A stretch of 64,000 nt of DNA from positions 248,001 to 312,000 of the forward strand of contig JAPDFW010000085.1 in assembly GCA_028826165.1 (NCBI GenBank), written 5' to 3'. The stretch is from Anaeramoeba ignava BMAN. Its lineage: Eukaryota > Protista > Anaeramoebae. The notes below the pieces were generated by a model. It was not told the DNA's origin and ran no database searches. It worked only from the letters and a program-made list of their open reading frames with translations. Below, piece by piece: positions 42,639 to 56,875 of this stretch. Each line of letters begins with the position of its first letter. The first letter of the stretch is position 1. A program made the position numbers and the translations under genes.

Positions 42639-45600
42639 TCAAAAAAGATCAAAAAATGATTCGAAATTTTGATTTTCTTTCTTTTTATTTTGATTTTGAT
42701 TTTGATTTTAATTTTAATTTTAATTTTAATTTTAATTTTCTTTCTTATTTTGATTTTGATTTTCATTTTAATTTTGATTTTGATTTTGATTTTGATTTTG
42801 ATTTTGATTTTGATTTTGATTTTGATTTTGATTTTGATTTTGATTTTGATTTTGATTTTCATTTTAATTTTGATTTTGATTTTGATTTTGATTTTTGATT
42901 TTAATTTTAATTTTGATTTTGATTTTGATTTTGATTTTGATTTTGATTTTTATTTTGATTTTGATTTTAATTTTGATTTTCATTTTGATTTTGATTTTGA
43001 TTTTGATTTTGATTTTGATTTTGATTTTGATTTTGATTTTCATTTTGATTTTGATTTTCTTTTTCATTTTCTCTTTTATTTTCATTTAGATTTTGATTTT
43101 GATTTTGATTTTGATTTTGATTTTGATTTTGATTTTGATTTTGATTTTCATTTTGATTTTGATTTTTTTCATTTTCATTTTCTTTCTTAGTTTCATTTTC
43201 TTTCTTATTTTGATTTTGATTTTGATTTTGATTTTGATTTTGATTTTCTTTCTTATTTTGATTTTGATTTTGATTTTGATTTTAATTTTTAATTTTGATT
43301 TTGATTTTGATTTTGATTTTCATTTTCATTTTGATTTTGATTTTCATTTTGATTTTGATTTTCTTTCTCAGTTTCTTTCTTAGTTTCATTTTCTTATTTT
43401 GATTTTGATTTTCATTTTGATTTTGATTTTCATTTTGATTTTGATTTTCTTTCTCAGTTTCTTTCTTAGTTTCATTTTCTTTTATTTTGATTTTCTTTCT
43501 TATTTTGATTTGCTTTTTGTTGTTTTTCAAGTTTTTGTTGTTTTTCAATTTTTTGTTGTCTTTGCTTTTCTTTTTCAATTTGTTCTTTTTCAAATTTTTC
43601 TAATTCTTCTTCTTTTACAAGAAATTTCTGATCCAAAGAAGTAGCATTACGAATAATTTGAGGACCACCACCATAAATATTCAAAAGAAATTTCCAAGAT
43701 TTCGGTTGAAGAGTAACAAAATCTTTTTTAAAAACCAAATGAGTTTTAATAGATTTATCTGGATTAAAAAATAAATGATTATTAATTTGACCAGGAGGTT
43801 TATGGTTTGTTTTTTTACTCAAAACAAAAGCTTTCCAAGAATTAAACCATAAATTTGAAACAATACAAAAAATTCCAGTTGTTGGGAAAATTGGAGTAAT
43901 TGATTTGATTGTTTTCAATTCAAATTGTCTTCTTTGATTTAATCTTTTCCATTTTTCTTCACAATCAGGACATTCTCCAAAATCTTTGATTTCAAAAATT
44001 TCTTTAAATTTTGTTTTTGAAATTACTAAATCCCAAGTTTCTTTGTTTAGTAATGTCATTTCTTGTTCTGTTAATTTATTTCCTAATGCTCTTCGAAAAT
44101 GTAAATGTTGACATACAAAATCTTGATTGATTAATGTATCTACTGTTGAAAAATGTTTGAGTTTTTGGATCCATAATTTCGAAATTGCATAGAATTCTGT
44201 TATTTTATTTTGATTTTGATTTTGATTTTGATTTTCATTTTCATTTTCATTTTCATTTTCATTTTCATTTTCATTTTCATTTTCATTTTCATTTTCATTT
44301 TCATTTTCATTTTCATTTTCATTTTCATTTTGATTTTGATTTTGATTTTGATTTTGATTTTGATTTTGATTTTGATTTTCATTTTGATTTTGATTTTGAT
44401 TTTGATTTTGATTTTCATTTTCATTTTCTTTTTCATTTTCGTTTTTATTTTTATTTTGATTTTCTTTCTCATTTTCATTTTGATTTTGATTTTCATTTTT
44501 ATTTTGATTTTTATTTTGATTTTCTTTTTCATTTTCATTTTCATTTTCATTTTCATTTTCATTTTCATTTTGATTTTGATTTTGATTTTCATTTTGATTT
44601 TGATTTTCATTTTGATTTTCATTTTGATTTTGATTTTGATTTTGATTTTGATTTTGATTTTCATTTTGATTTTGATTTTGATTTTGATTTTGATTTTCAT
44701 TTTGATTTTGATTTTGATTTTGATTTTGATTTTGATTTTGATTTTGATTTTCATTTTCATTTTGATTTTCATTTTGATTTTCAGTTTCATTTTCATTTTC
44801 ATTTTGATTTTGATTTTTATTTTGATTTTGATTTTGATTTTGATTTTGATTTTCTTTTTCATTTTGATTTTCATTTTTATTTTGATTTTCATTTTGATTT
44901 TCATTTTGATTTTCATTTTGATTTTGATTTTGATTTTGATTTTGATTTTCATTTTCTTTTTCATTTTCTTTTTCATTTTGATTTTGATTTTGATTTTGAT
45001 TTTCAGTTTCATTTTCTTTTTCATTTTTGATTTTGATTTTGATTTTGATTTTGATTTTGATTTTGATTTTCTTTTTCATTTTCATTTTGATTTTGATTTT
45101 GATTTTTATTTTGATTTTGATTTTGATTTTGATTTTCTTTTTCTTTTTGATTTTGATTTTCTTTCTCGTTTTCTTTTTCTTTTTGATTTTGATTTCGAAT
45201 TTGTTTAAGCTTATCCTCAATTTCCTTTTCATTCTGAGATATAAAATCATTAATTTTTGTAAATAAATCCAAATCTTTTTGTTTTTGAGTTGGATTTTTT
45301 CTCTTTTGATAAAATAATAAATAAGCATTTGAAGAAATAATATCCTCAATTTTTGCGACACTTTTAACAGACATATCACTAAATCGATACCATTTATTAT
45401 TAGAAGAATTTTTAGTATAAGCAGTATAATGACCAAAACGAAGAGCGCCGCTATGACAAACAACAGCAAATAAATCATATAAAACATTAGTTTTTGAATT
45501 TTGTTCCATAAAATCATTCATATCAAGTCCTTCTATAAGATATTTAACATTTGAAGAAATTTTTGATCCTGAAAATATTCCATATTTAAACCTTTTTATA

Positions 45601-47411
45601 TGAAGAATCAAAACTTCAGGAAGTGAAACAATTTTCAAATGACTTGTTGCGTTTTGTTTGCTTTTGCATACTTCACAATAATACATATTTTTCCCTGATA
45701 ATTCGTTTCCTTCACAGAAATAATCTAAACAATCATATATATTTATTGGAATTGATGAAAACCATCTTTTTTTTTCGTTGAAAATAGTTGAATATTTTTC
45801 TGTTGATTTTTTTGGAATTGGAAGTGAAAGATAGAAAAAGTTTTCTTTTCTTTTGAAAATTTTTTTACAACCGTGACAATGGACAGAGGTAACAAATTCG
45901 CCTGAGAAAATATCTGATATGATACTATGTGTTTTTTTGATATACGATTTTTGTTTTTTTTCATTTGATTTTTCATTTGATTTTTCATTTGATTTTTCAT
46001 TTAAATTTTCATTGGATTTGGATTTTTGATTTAAGTTTTCATTTGATTTTGATTTAGATTTGGATTTGGATTTTTGATTTAAATTTTCATTGGATTTTAA
46101 TTTGGATTTTTCATTTAAATTTTCATTTGATTTGGATTTGGATTTTTGATTTAAATTTTCATTGGATTTTGATTTTGATTTTTGATTTAAATTTTCATTG
46201 GATTTTGATTTGGATTTTTCATTTAAATTTTCATTTGATTTGGATTTGGATTTTTGATTTAAATTTTCATTGGATTTGGATTTGGATTTTTCATTTAAGT
46301 TTTCATTGGATTTTGATTTGGATTTTTGATTTAAATTTTCATTGGATTTTGATTTGGATTTTTGATTTAAATTTTCATTGGATTTTAATTTGGATTTTTC
46401 ATTTAAATTTTCATTTGATTTGGATTTGGATTTTTGATTTAAATTTTCATTGGATTTTTCATTTAAGTTTTCATTGGATTTGGATTTGGATTTTTCATTT
46501 AAATTTTCATTGGATTTGGATTTGGATTTGAATTTGAATTTGAATTTGGATTTGGATTTTGAATCCTCACAAGGTAAATAAACTTTTTTCTTAAGAATCT
46601 CATGCAAAGAATCAAGTAAAAACATTAATAATTCTTGAGCATCTTGTTGAGAACGATCACCAAAATCCGGATTAAACTTTGAAATTTCCTCCAAAAAAGT
46701 TCTTGGCATAATTTGGTGCATATCCTTAAGCCAAACAGCTTGAATCAAATCTCTAAACGCAACGAAGATATTAATTTCCTCATCAGGATAGGGTTTAAAT
46801 ACTTGGAAAAAACCAACAAGTTGATCACAAGAAAGCATTGCTTGCAAAACAGAATTCATATAGCAAGTGTTTCCTTGATTTGAAAGACCACAAACACCTC
46901 TAACATCCGCAAATTTAAACGGTTCTATTTTGTTTCTTGCTCTTGAGGCTTGCGTAATAAGTGTTCTTGCTTCACGAAAAGAATATACAAATTCAAAATA
47001 TTTTTTATCTTCTTCACTTAATGTTTTTTTGTTCTTTTTTTCCTGATCTTTCAGAATGTCCTGGGTCCGATCTGTGCTATCCCAAATATTCAACACATCC
47101 TCTTTAGCAATAAAAGATGGGTGGTCTTGGACTTCACTTGAGCATGCAAAGCAATAAATTGATCCTGATGTTAATCCTATGTAAAGTGGGTGTTTTGTTT
47201 TATCAAAATGTTCGTTGACATGCTTTTTCTTGCCGCATCCTTGATAGTAACATTCATTGTTTATGCACATCCATATATTAGACTTCTCCTTGCAGCTGTG
47301 ACATCTGATTTCTGATTTTTCTAGTTTTTTCATAAAATTTTGCTCTTTTATTTTTTCAATTAGTTTTTTTGGATCAACGTTTTTTAAGTGTGGACATTGT
47401 TTATAAGACAT
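42639..47411 (-). CDS. USP20/USP33-like deubiquitinase (ZnF-UBP, USP catalytic domain, two DUSP-like domains) with large NQ/EN insertions; frameshifts in repeat tracts
   Basis: CPHL/ZnF-UBP, Cys box GLSNQGNTCYMNSVLQ, QQDAQE, His box HSGALRFGHYTAY, and DUSP-like WFNSWKAFV..PPGQINN..WKFLLNIYGGGPQI. Frame change at ~45025 in a homopolymer. The 3' end is uncertain (stop at 43472 as assembled, or ~42639). Confidence 0.8.
44200..45195 (-). repeat. Coding (NQ/NE)n hexamer tract in the USP gene; a second tract at ~42670-43500
   Basis: Directly visible GATTTT/CATTTT arrays on the + strand. Confidence 0.9.
45960..46560 (-). repeat. ~36-bp coding repeat (KSKSKSNENLN[EQ])n inside the USP catalytic domain
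   Basis: About 14 units in the 45021-47411 translation, between QQDAQE..KKVY and HSIISDIFSG. Confidence 0.9.
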
Positions 47412-47609
47412 TTTAATTAGAATAAAAATAATAAAAATAATAATAATAATAAAAAAATGAAAATTAAAAAAATGAAAATTAAAATTTTTTTGATTGATTT
47501 TTTATTTTGAATTTGAATTTTTATTTTGAATTTGAATTTGATTTGAAAAAAAATCTTTTTTTTAAATTCTTTTTTTTAAAATCTTTTTTTAAATTCTTTT
47601 TTTAAATTC

Positions 47610-50600
47610 TTAATTTAAATCTTCAATCCATTCAAATGGTTCTGGTGGTTCAGGTTCTTCACCTTCATCTTGAGGAGATTCAGTTTGAATTTTCTCTTCA
47701 ACAATAACAAGTTCTTCATTCTCATCAGGTTTTGTATCATGAAGTAAAATGACACCAAATTGAGCATTTGATTTAATAGAACGATAACGTTCATCAATAT
47801 CAAGACTAACATAATCTCTTTGAATCAAAGTAATTCTTGTAGGATTTTGTAAAATTTCGAAATTTTCTTTTTTTGGAATATCTTTTTTTTGGATTTCTTG
47901 ATTTTCTTGATTTTCTTTGATTTCTTGATTTTCTTGATTTTCTTGATTTTCTTTGATTTCTTGATTTTCTTGATTTTCTTGATTTTCTTCTTGTTTCTTC
48001 TCTTTCTTCATTTCTTCTCTTTTCAATGCTTTTGCTGTAAAAGAAAGAACAGCCTTTTCTATTGTAATATCTTTTTTCTGTTCGGAAATTTCTAACGGTT
48101 TTGGATAAGCAAATAAATCAGGATTTGCATTTGATTTGACTTTAAATTTAGGCATTTCCAAATTGATATTCAATCCAATCAATGCAGTTGGTTGGAAAGA
48201 CAAAGAAAGTAAATGAACGAACGGATGCCAGAACCAGAATTGAGTGAAAATGGACAAACCGACGATGGAAGTGATATCGTTCATTCCGGAATTTGTTTGC
48301 AAACTAATAACGACATTTCTTCCGCCTGCATCGATGATTCCTGCTCCCAAAATAGCACCAATTTTTGCCATGAGAGTTTCCGCTTTATCCGAAACACTCT
48401 GGAAAAACATGTCGCGAACGAGTTTGGCTCGTGGTTCTTGGAGCTCGTTGATTTGCATGAGCACCATTGCCAGTCCAAGAAAGGATCCCTGGCGAACAAA
48501 ATCAACAGGATCTTTTGTCAATGGAAATAATAAATCAATTGCCTGTTTTTTGACTTGCAATGATTTAACAGAAGAGCATCCAATGCCGAGAGAAATAGCG
48601 GCTCCAAAACGCACATGTGGATTGTAGCTTTTGGAGAGCAAAGATAATGTCTGAGGGATTTGTTCGGGTTCTTTGAAAAGCAGGAACGCAATTGCGATCA
48701 CAGCGGCTCTTCTGACGTCGTCGTTGACATCACTAACGCCGACATGAAGAAGTCTTTTTAGAGCCTTGTCGTTTGAAGTTCCTGCATACGCCATTGCGAT
48801 TGTGTACATTGCTCCATACCGAAGAATCGGGTCTTTGTCCAGAAGCAGCTGCTCAATGAGCGTGTCTGCTGCCTCTTCTTTTCCATACATAATAAGAGAT
48901 ATTCCGATTGCAAGTGAACGTATGATTTTTTCATGCTGAGTTTCATGCGCATATACGAGCATGTCCTGGATCGCGCTTTCTGATGCGCTTCCAAGCATTA
49001 CAAGTCCCATTGCAAGCCCTGCCGTCTCGCCCGCAATCGCAGAGTCTGAGTAGCATATGGCTTTTAAATCCTCGTATATTTCCTCATTCAAGGTTCCCAT
49101 TGCAGAGAGTCCCAATCCGAGACATGCTCCATGCTGCAAAATTTCATTTCCATCAAGACTTCTCAGCATGTTGAGTAAATAAGGTGTTGATGTTTCTCCG
49201 TGGTTCACGTTGATAATTCCCAACGCATAAAGCGCTCCCGCCTCTGAATATGGCGATTCTGAGCGCCCGTTTTGAGGTAAATATGGTGACAATAAATCCA
49301 GTGCCTGTGCAATGTGTCCTTTATGGATCACTCCCAATGATGCTGTACTTGAAAATTTTCCCCAATTGTTGATTTTTCGCAACCATTCCAGATTCCCTCG
49401 TAAAAAGGAATCCACAGTTGTTCCTGCCTGCATAAATCCATGTGCAGTTACTGTTGTTGTTCTCAATGCTATTTTTCTCGTGTCCATTTTCGTTTTGATT
49501 TGTCTCAGAATTTGGAAATCTGTGTGATTGTTCAAGTTTAAAAACTGAAGCAGTAATTTCAAAGAGTATTCTTGATTTAGAATAGCCTTTAGTTTTTTAA
49601 TTTTTTCCGGTTTCAGATTTGGTTTTGGAGTTTCTTTTGTTTCCTCTGTTTTTTCTTCTAATTTCTTTTCATCATTATCATTATCATTATCATTATTTAA
49701 TTTTTTTTCTTCTTGCATTTTTGTTTGTTGTTTTTCTTCGATTGGATCTGGAATTCTTGATTTAATTTCAGAAAGCATTTTCTGTCCTGCATTTTCACAC
49801 AAATCAAATCCTATTTGGTATGCTGTAAGAATATCAATTTCCTTTTCGGAATCAATTAAGTTCATTAAAATTTCTGAGATTTTTTCTGTGTCTTCCATTA
49901 ATAATAATAGTTCACAGATTCGGATATGATCTTCTTTTTGTTCTGATTGATAAATTTCTATAAGAAGTTGTAAAATCTATTAAAATTTTACAATCAAAAG
50001 AATAATTTCATTTTAAATTTTTTAAAAAAAAATAGTTTTTTTTTTGTTTTCGTTTTACTTGTTGTCGAAATGATCTTTTTAAAACATATTTATTTGTTAT
50101 TTTTAAGCAATATTCCAATGTTTCTGGAATGTTTCCTGATTTGTAAATTGTTTCTTTAATTAAATCAAGTCTTTTGGATTCGATTGCAATTCCGATTGCT
50201 TGTTTAAATTCTCCATCTTCGAAGCAACGTTGAAACATTTTGGAAATGACATTTTCAATATTAAACAATAATTCTGCTTGTTTTCTTAATTGTTCTTGAG
50301 ATTTTTCTTCCTCAGTTTGTGATCTTATCAAGATATATTCATCAATACATTTTGCTTTTAATTTATAAAATTTATTTATTAAATTATTTATAAATTTAAA
50401 TATAAATTATTAATAAAATTATTTATTAAATTATTTATAAAATTATTAAATTATTAAATTATTTATTAATTTATTTATTAAATTATTTATTAAATTATTA
50501 ATTAAATTATTTATTAATTTTATTTATTAAATTATTTATTAATTTATTTATTAAATTATTTATTAAATTATTTATTAAATTTATTTATTAATTATTTATT

Positions 50601-51538
50601 AATTTATAAATTTATTTATTAAATTATTTATTAATTTATTTATTAATTTATTTATTAAATTATTTATTAAATTAAATATTAAATTATTTATTAAATTATT
50701 AATTAAATTATTAATAAAATTATTTATTAAATTATTTATTAATTTATAAATAAAATTATTTATTAAATTTATTTATAAATTTATTTATTAAATTTATTTA
50801 TTAATTTATTTATTATTTTATTTATAAATTTATTTATTATTTTATTTATAAATTTATTTATTAAATTATTTATTAATTTATTTATTAAATTTATTTATTA
50901 AATTTATTTATTAAATTATTTATTAATTTATTAAATTATTTATTAAATTATTTATTAAATTATTTATTAAATTATTTATTAATTTATTTATCAATTTATT
51001 TATTAATTTATTAAATTATTTATTAATTTATTTATTTAATCAGAAAATATTTACCAACAATTGTCTCAACAAATTCGCTTTTATTCGATAAATCAAATAA
51101 ATCACCAGCTGCTAATGCATAATTTAAAGCTTCATTCATTGAACCTAGATGATAATAAACTTTACTTGCTACTAAAGAGGCTAATTCTTTTGATACAAAA
51201 TCTTGATCTTCACATAACTTTTCTCTATATATAAATAATTATAACAAACAAATAAAATAATATCTTGTTATTTATTTCAAATCTGTTTCTTTTTTCTTTT
51301 ATAATTAAATTCTCTTTTATAAACTTTATATTTTCAAAAATTATATTTTTTTTTTATTTTTTTATATTTTTTTTTTATCAAAAAATTAAACAAACATTAA
51401 ACCAATTGAATCAGCAATTTCTGGCCAAAATTGATCTACAAGTTCATTTAACTTTTTAAGTGCATATGTTTGAAGTTTTGGATCTTCTTCTTCAAGATAT
51501 GAAATAATTGGACTAACAGAAGTTAAATTTGCATTCAT
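47610..51538 (-). CDS. PSMD1: 26S proteasome regulatory subunit RPN2; 4 exons: 51538-51396, 51224-51055, 50354-50059, 49976-47610
   Basis: N-terminal [25 protein letters not shown] repeats ([31 protein letters not shown]) and C-terminal [10 protein letters not shown]. Introns splice in frame. Confidence 0.95.
50360..51040. repeat. (TTATTTATTAAA)-type repeat filling RPN2 intron 2 (51054-50355)
   Basis: Directly visible ~0.7 kb pure A/T array. Confidence 0.9.
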
Positions 51539-51699
51539 TTTTTTATTATTTTTTATTAATTAATTATTTATTTTTTGTTTTTGTTTTAGAAAAAAAGAAG
51601 AAAAGAAAAAAATGAAAAAAAAAATAAAAATAAAAAATATTTTTTTTTCTCCTTTTAATTTTAATTTTATTTTTTTCTCCTTTTTATTTTTCCGATTTT

Positions 51700-52025
51700 T
51701 TTTTTAATTTTTTAATTTCAATTTTAATTTTTTTAATTTTAATTTTAATTTTAATTTTTCAATTTTAATTTTAATTTTTAATTTTAATTTTAATTTTAAT
51801 TTTAATTTTAATTTTTAATTTTAATTTCAATTTTAATTTCAATTTTAATTTTAATTTTAATTTTAATTTTAATTTTAATTTTAATTTTAATTTTAATTTT
51901 AATTTTTAATTTCAATTTTTAATTTCAATTTTGATTTTAATTTTAATTTTAATTTCAATTTTAATTTCAATTTTAATTTTAATTTCAATTTCAATTTTAA
52001 TTCAAAATTAAATTTCAATTTAATT
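51700..52025. repeat. Intergenic (TTTTAA/TTTCAA)n hexamer tract between the Rab14 3' end and the RPN2 promoter
   Basis: Directly visible. Confidence 0.85.
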
Positions 52026-52120
52026 TCCATTTATTAATTCATTTCAGTTCAAAATTAAAAAGAAATAGAAATAGAAATAGAAATAGAAATAGAAATATTA
52101 AGCTTTAAATAATAAAAGCT

Positions 52121-53911
52121 TTAACAACATTGACTTCTGCTCTTTTTTTCAATACCAGATTCAGTTTCTTGAGGATCATTTAATGTTTGATTTTCTTGTA
52201 ATTTTAAAGTTCCACTTTGAATTTTTTCATAAATAATTCTAGCAGTTTTTTGGAAACATTCTTCAACATTCGTATTTGATTTTGCACTTGTTTCAATAAA
52301 TTCTAATCCTATTTATTATGCAAGATTAATATAATTATTTTTATTGATTGTGTATTTGATTATTTAATTTGATACCATTTTCATTTGCAAATTTTTCACC
52401 TTCTTCTATTGAAATGGATCTTTCTCGAATATCAATTTTATTTGCTACAAGTGTTATTGTTGTATCTGGATTAGATAAATTACGTGCATCTGTTAACCAT
52501 GTATTTAAGTGATAAAAAGTGTTTCTTCTAATAATATATTAAATATATTATTAAATATATTATTAAATATATTATTAAATATATTATTAAATATATTATT
52601 AAATATATTATTATTAAATATATTATTATTAAATATATTATTAAATTTATTATTATTTAAAATATACCTTGTCACATCATAAACTAAAAGAATACCTACA
52701 GCTCCTCTAAAATAACTTCTAGTTATAGCTCTAAATCTTTCCTATTAATTTAAAAATTTGATTATTAAATTTGATTATTATTTTACAAAGGAATAAAAGA
52801 ATTTACTTGACCAGCAGTATCCCAAATTTGAATCTTCCTATTTTTAAAAATAAAATTTGATTTTGAATTTAAATTTATAAATGAATTTGAATTTATAAAT
52901 GAATTTGAATTTATAAATGAATTTGAATTTGAATTTGAATTTGGATTTATAAATGAATTTGAATTTATAAATGATTTTGATTTGAATTTATAAATTGGAT
53001 TTATAAATGAATTTGAATTTATAAATGATTTTGATTTTGATTTTATAAATGATTTTGAATTTATAAATGAATTTGAATTTATAAATGAATTTGATTTTAT
53101 AAATGATTTTGAATTTATAAATGAATTTGATTTTATAAATGATTTATAAATGATTTTGAATTTATAAATGAATTTGAATTTATAAATGAATTTGAATTTA
53201 TAAATGAATTTGATTTTATAAATGAATTTGATTTTATAAATGAATTTAAATTTATAAATGAATTTGATTTTGAATTTGAATTTATAAATGAATTTTGAAT
53301 TTATAAATGAATTTTGATTTTGAATTTATAAATGAATTTTGAATTTATAAATGATTTATAAATGATTTTGAATTTAAATTTATAAATGAATTTGAATTTT
53401 TAAATGAATTATGATTTTGAATTTATAAATGAATTTTGAATTTATAAATGATTTATAAATGATTTTGAATTTAAATTTATAAATGATTTTGAATTTATAA
53501 ATGAATTTGAATTTATAAATGAATTTGAATTTATAAATGAATTTGAATTTATAAATTAATTTGAATTAAATTTGAATTTGTAAATTTTTTACACTTTATC
53601 ATTCATAATTTGAATAGTACGAGATGCAAATTCAACACCAATAGTATGAGAACAATCAGGAAAAACTTTGTTTATAATAAAAAATTTTTAAAATGAATTT
53701 ACAAAACGTTTTATTGATTTTTGTTTATTCAATTTTTTAAAAAAAAAATTAATACATTTTCCTTCAGTATATTGATTAAGAAGAGAAGACTTTCCTGTTT
53801 AAAAATGAAATTAAAAATTAAAAATTGAAATAAATATTTTTAATTATAAAATATACCAGTTCCAGTTGCTCCAATAACAATAAATTTAAATGTATATTTA
53901 TAAGAAGTCAT
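52121..53911 (-). CDS. RAB14: Rab14-like small GTPase (missed by ORF track); 7 exons: 53911-53857, 53794-53756, 53665-53593, 52837-52807, 52741-52668, 52527-52376, 52308-52121
   Basis: Spliced protein [84 protein letters not shown]. DCxHTIGVEF and WLTDARNL are Rab14-type; CC is a geranylgeranylation motif. Confidence 0.88.
52855..53580. repeat. (TTTATAAATGAATTTGAA)-type repeat filling Rab14 intron 3 (53592-52838)
   Basis: Directly visible ~0.73 kb array. Confidence 0.9.
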
Positions 53912-54090
53912 TTTAAAAACAAAAACAAAAAAAAAATGAAAAAAATGAAAAAAATGAAAAAAAAAATTTATTCTTTTTTTTTGTTTAAAAAAATTTGAAA
54001 AAAAAAAGTTTAAATTCTGAAATGGATTTGTTTAGAAAAAAATAAGTTCTTGGAAATTAAAAATTTAAAATTTAAAATTGTTTTTAATAA

Positions 54091-56658
54091 TTAATTATTT
54101 GATAAATCTTTTTTGCTTTTTTTCTTTTTATGATGTTTTTTTTTCTTCTTTAATCCAACATTTTGAGTTTCAGTTTCCATTCCATTTTCATTAAAAGTAT
54201 TTAAATCATCATTATTTTTAATTTCTTCTTGATTTTCAAATTGATTTTTTTCTTTTTCTTTTTGAATTTTTTCTTCTGCGATTTTTATTGAATTTTCTTG
54301 ATTAAATTGTTCTTTTTCACCTGAAAATTCTAAATATTTATCACTCCAAGATTTTGGGGTTAAATCATTTACTTTTCCATATTTATCGAGTAAACCTTCT
54401 TTGATCATTTGTTTTTTTGCTTTTGCCTAATTATGAAAAAATTTATCCGATTTTGAATTTTAATTTTATAAAATGAATTTTAATTTTAATTTTAATTTTA
54501 ATTTTATAAATGAATTTTAATTTTAATTTTAATTTTAATTTTATAAATGAATTTTAATTTTAATTTTAATTTGAATTTTAATTTTAATTTTAATTTTAAT
54601 TTTAATTTTAATTTTAATTTTATAAATGAATTTTATAAATGAATTTTAATTTTAATTTAATTTTGATTTTAATTTTATAAATGAATTTGAATTTTATAAA
54701 TGAATTTTATAAATGAATTTTAATTTTAATTTAATTTTGATTTTAATTTTATAAATGAATTTTAATTTTAATTTCAAAATGAATTTTAATTTTATAAATG
54801 AATTTTATAAATGAATTTTAAAAAATAAGCATACAACAGGACCATTTCCCCATTTACGAGGATAAGTATCTCTATCCATAATAACTCTCTTAATTTTTGC
54901 AACTATACCGAATTCTGAAGCTGCCATAACATCAGAAGTCATCAAGGAGATAGCCAAAGCAACAGCTTCACCTTTAGTTGTAATCAATACAATCTCTTGC
55001 CCGACAGAAATACCAGAATCAAACCTCAACAACCCAGGAATCATAAGCTTAGCACCATAGCAAATAGCATTAACACTCGTGTCCTTAAGAACTACTCTTT
55101 TATGATCAGTCAAAAGCCACTCTAATGGTTTTATAACTTGTCGAAGATAACTTTCATCCCTTGTTGTCTGATAAAGAAATTGCGCATCTAAGACATCGTG
55201 CATTGTGACGATTGAATCATTCTCAGTCAGCCTGCCAGACCGCACTCTTCGAAGCTCTTGCATCTTTGCAGGACAACCCGCAAGATATCCAATATGTTCA
55301 CAAAGTGTTCTGATGTAAGTGCCTGCTTCACATTTAACCCAAAAGAGTCCCAAATTCCGATTTTGATCAAATTCTAAAAATTTGCTTTCGTAAATTGTCC
55401 GCACTCGAAGCTGCTTTTTCACTGCAGATACTTCGGGTGGTCTTTGGAAAAGCGCGCCTGTTAGGAGTTTTAGGGTTTCTTGAAACTTTTTTTCTTCAAT
55501 CGAAGTGCTGAATTTGATTATTGCTACATACTCTTTCCCAGCGCCTTGTTGTGACTTAACTAATCGCGTCGCTCGGTTCAGACATACTATTAAACATCCT
55601 GTTACTTGCGGATCAAGTGTTCCTGAATGTCCTGTTTTTTCAATTTGAAGTATCTTCTTGATCCATGCTACTACTTCGTGTGATGATGGATTCGATGGCT
55701 TGTCAAGGTTAATTACTCCATATTTTAAATATTCACTTAGTGCTCGTTTTGTTGGTGATGATCCTTCAGGTAGAATTGTGAAATGTGATGTTCTTATATT
55801 CATTTTGTCAAAGTCCTTATTTGATTGAATTTCGATTTGAATTTTGAATTTATATTTATTATATTTATTATATTTATTATATTTATATTTATATTTATAT
55901 TTATATTTATATTTATATTTATATTTATATTTATATTTATATTTATATTTATATTTATAATTATATTTATATTTATATTTATATTTATATTTATATTTAT
56001 ATTTATATTTATATTTATATTTATATTTATATTTATATTTATTTATATTTATATTTATATTTATATTTATATTTATTATATTTATTATATTTATATTTAT
56101 ATTTTATATTTATTTATTTTATTTATTTATTATATTTTTTATATTTTTATATTTTATATTTATTTATTTATATTTATAATTATATTTATATTTATATTTA
56201 TAATTATATTTATATTTATATTTATTATGTTTTATTTATTTATATTTATATATTTTATATTTATATTTATATTTTATTTATATTTATATTTATTTATATT
56301 TATATTTTATTATAATTATAGAATTATATTTATATTTATATTTATATTTATATTTATATTTATATTTATATTTATATTTATAATTATATTTATAATTATA
56401 TTTATATTTATATTTATATTTATATTTATATTTATATTTATATTTATATTTATATTCATATTTATTATATTTATAATTATATTTATATTTATATTTCTTC
56501 AAATTTCATACTTTTAAAAGAAGTTTCCATTGTTCTGTTGAAAATTTTGGTTCAATTTGTTCTGATGAAATACAAAAATCTGTTTCTACTTGAATTTCTC
56601 CAAGTGTTTTTTGATTAGATTTTTTATGAGATTTTTTATGAGATTTTTTATTTTTCAT
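54091..56658 (-). CDS. DKC1: H/ACA pseudouridine synthase Cbf5/dyskerin; 3 exons: 56658-56512, 55815-54835, 54426-54091
   Basis: [31 protein letters not shown] (catalytic Asp), PUA domain, [14 protein letters not shown] and a Lys-rich tail. Introns splice in frame. Confidence 0.96.
54450..54820. repeat. (AATTTT / ATAAATG) repeat filling CBF5 intron 2 (54834-54427)
   Basis: Directly visible. Confidence 0.85.
55848..56495. repeat. (ATTTAT)n microsatellite filling CBF5 intron 1 (56511-55816)
   Basis: Directly visible. Confidence 0.9.
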
Positions 56659-56875
56659 TTTAATTTATTATAATTATATTAATTATATTTTATTTTTATT
56701 TAAGAAAGAGAAAGAAAAACAAAGAAAAAAAAAATGAAAAAAAATGAAAAAATAAATTTTGTAAAAGAAGAAAAAAAATTTTTTTATTTAAAAAATTAAA
56801 AAGGAGAAAATTTCTTTTTTCATTTTTTTTCTTTATTTTTCTTTTTTTCATTTTATTATTATTATTTTTATTAAA

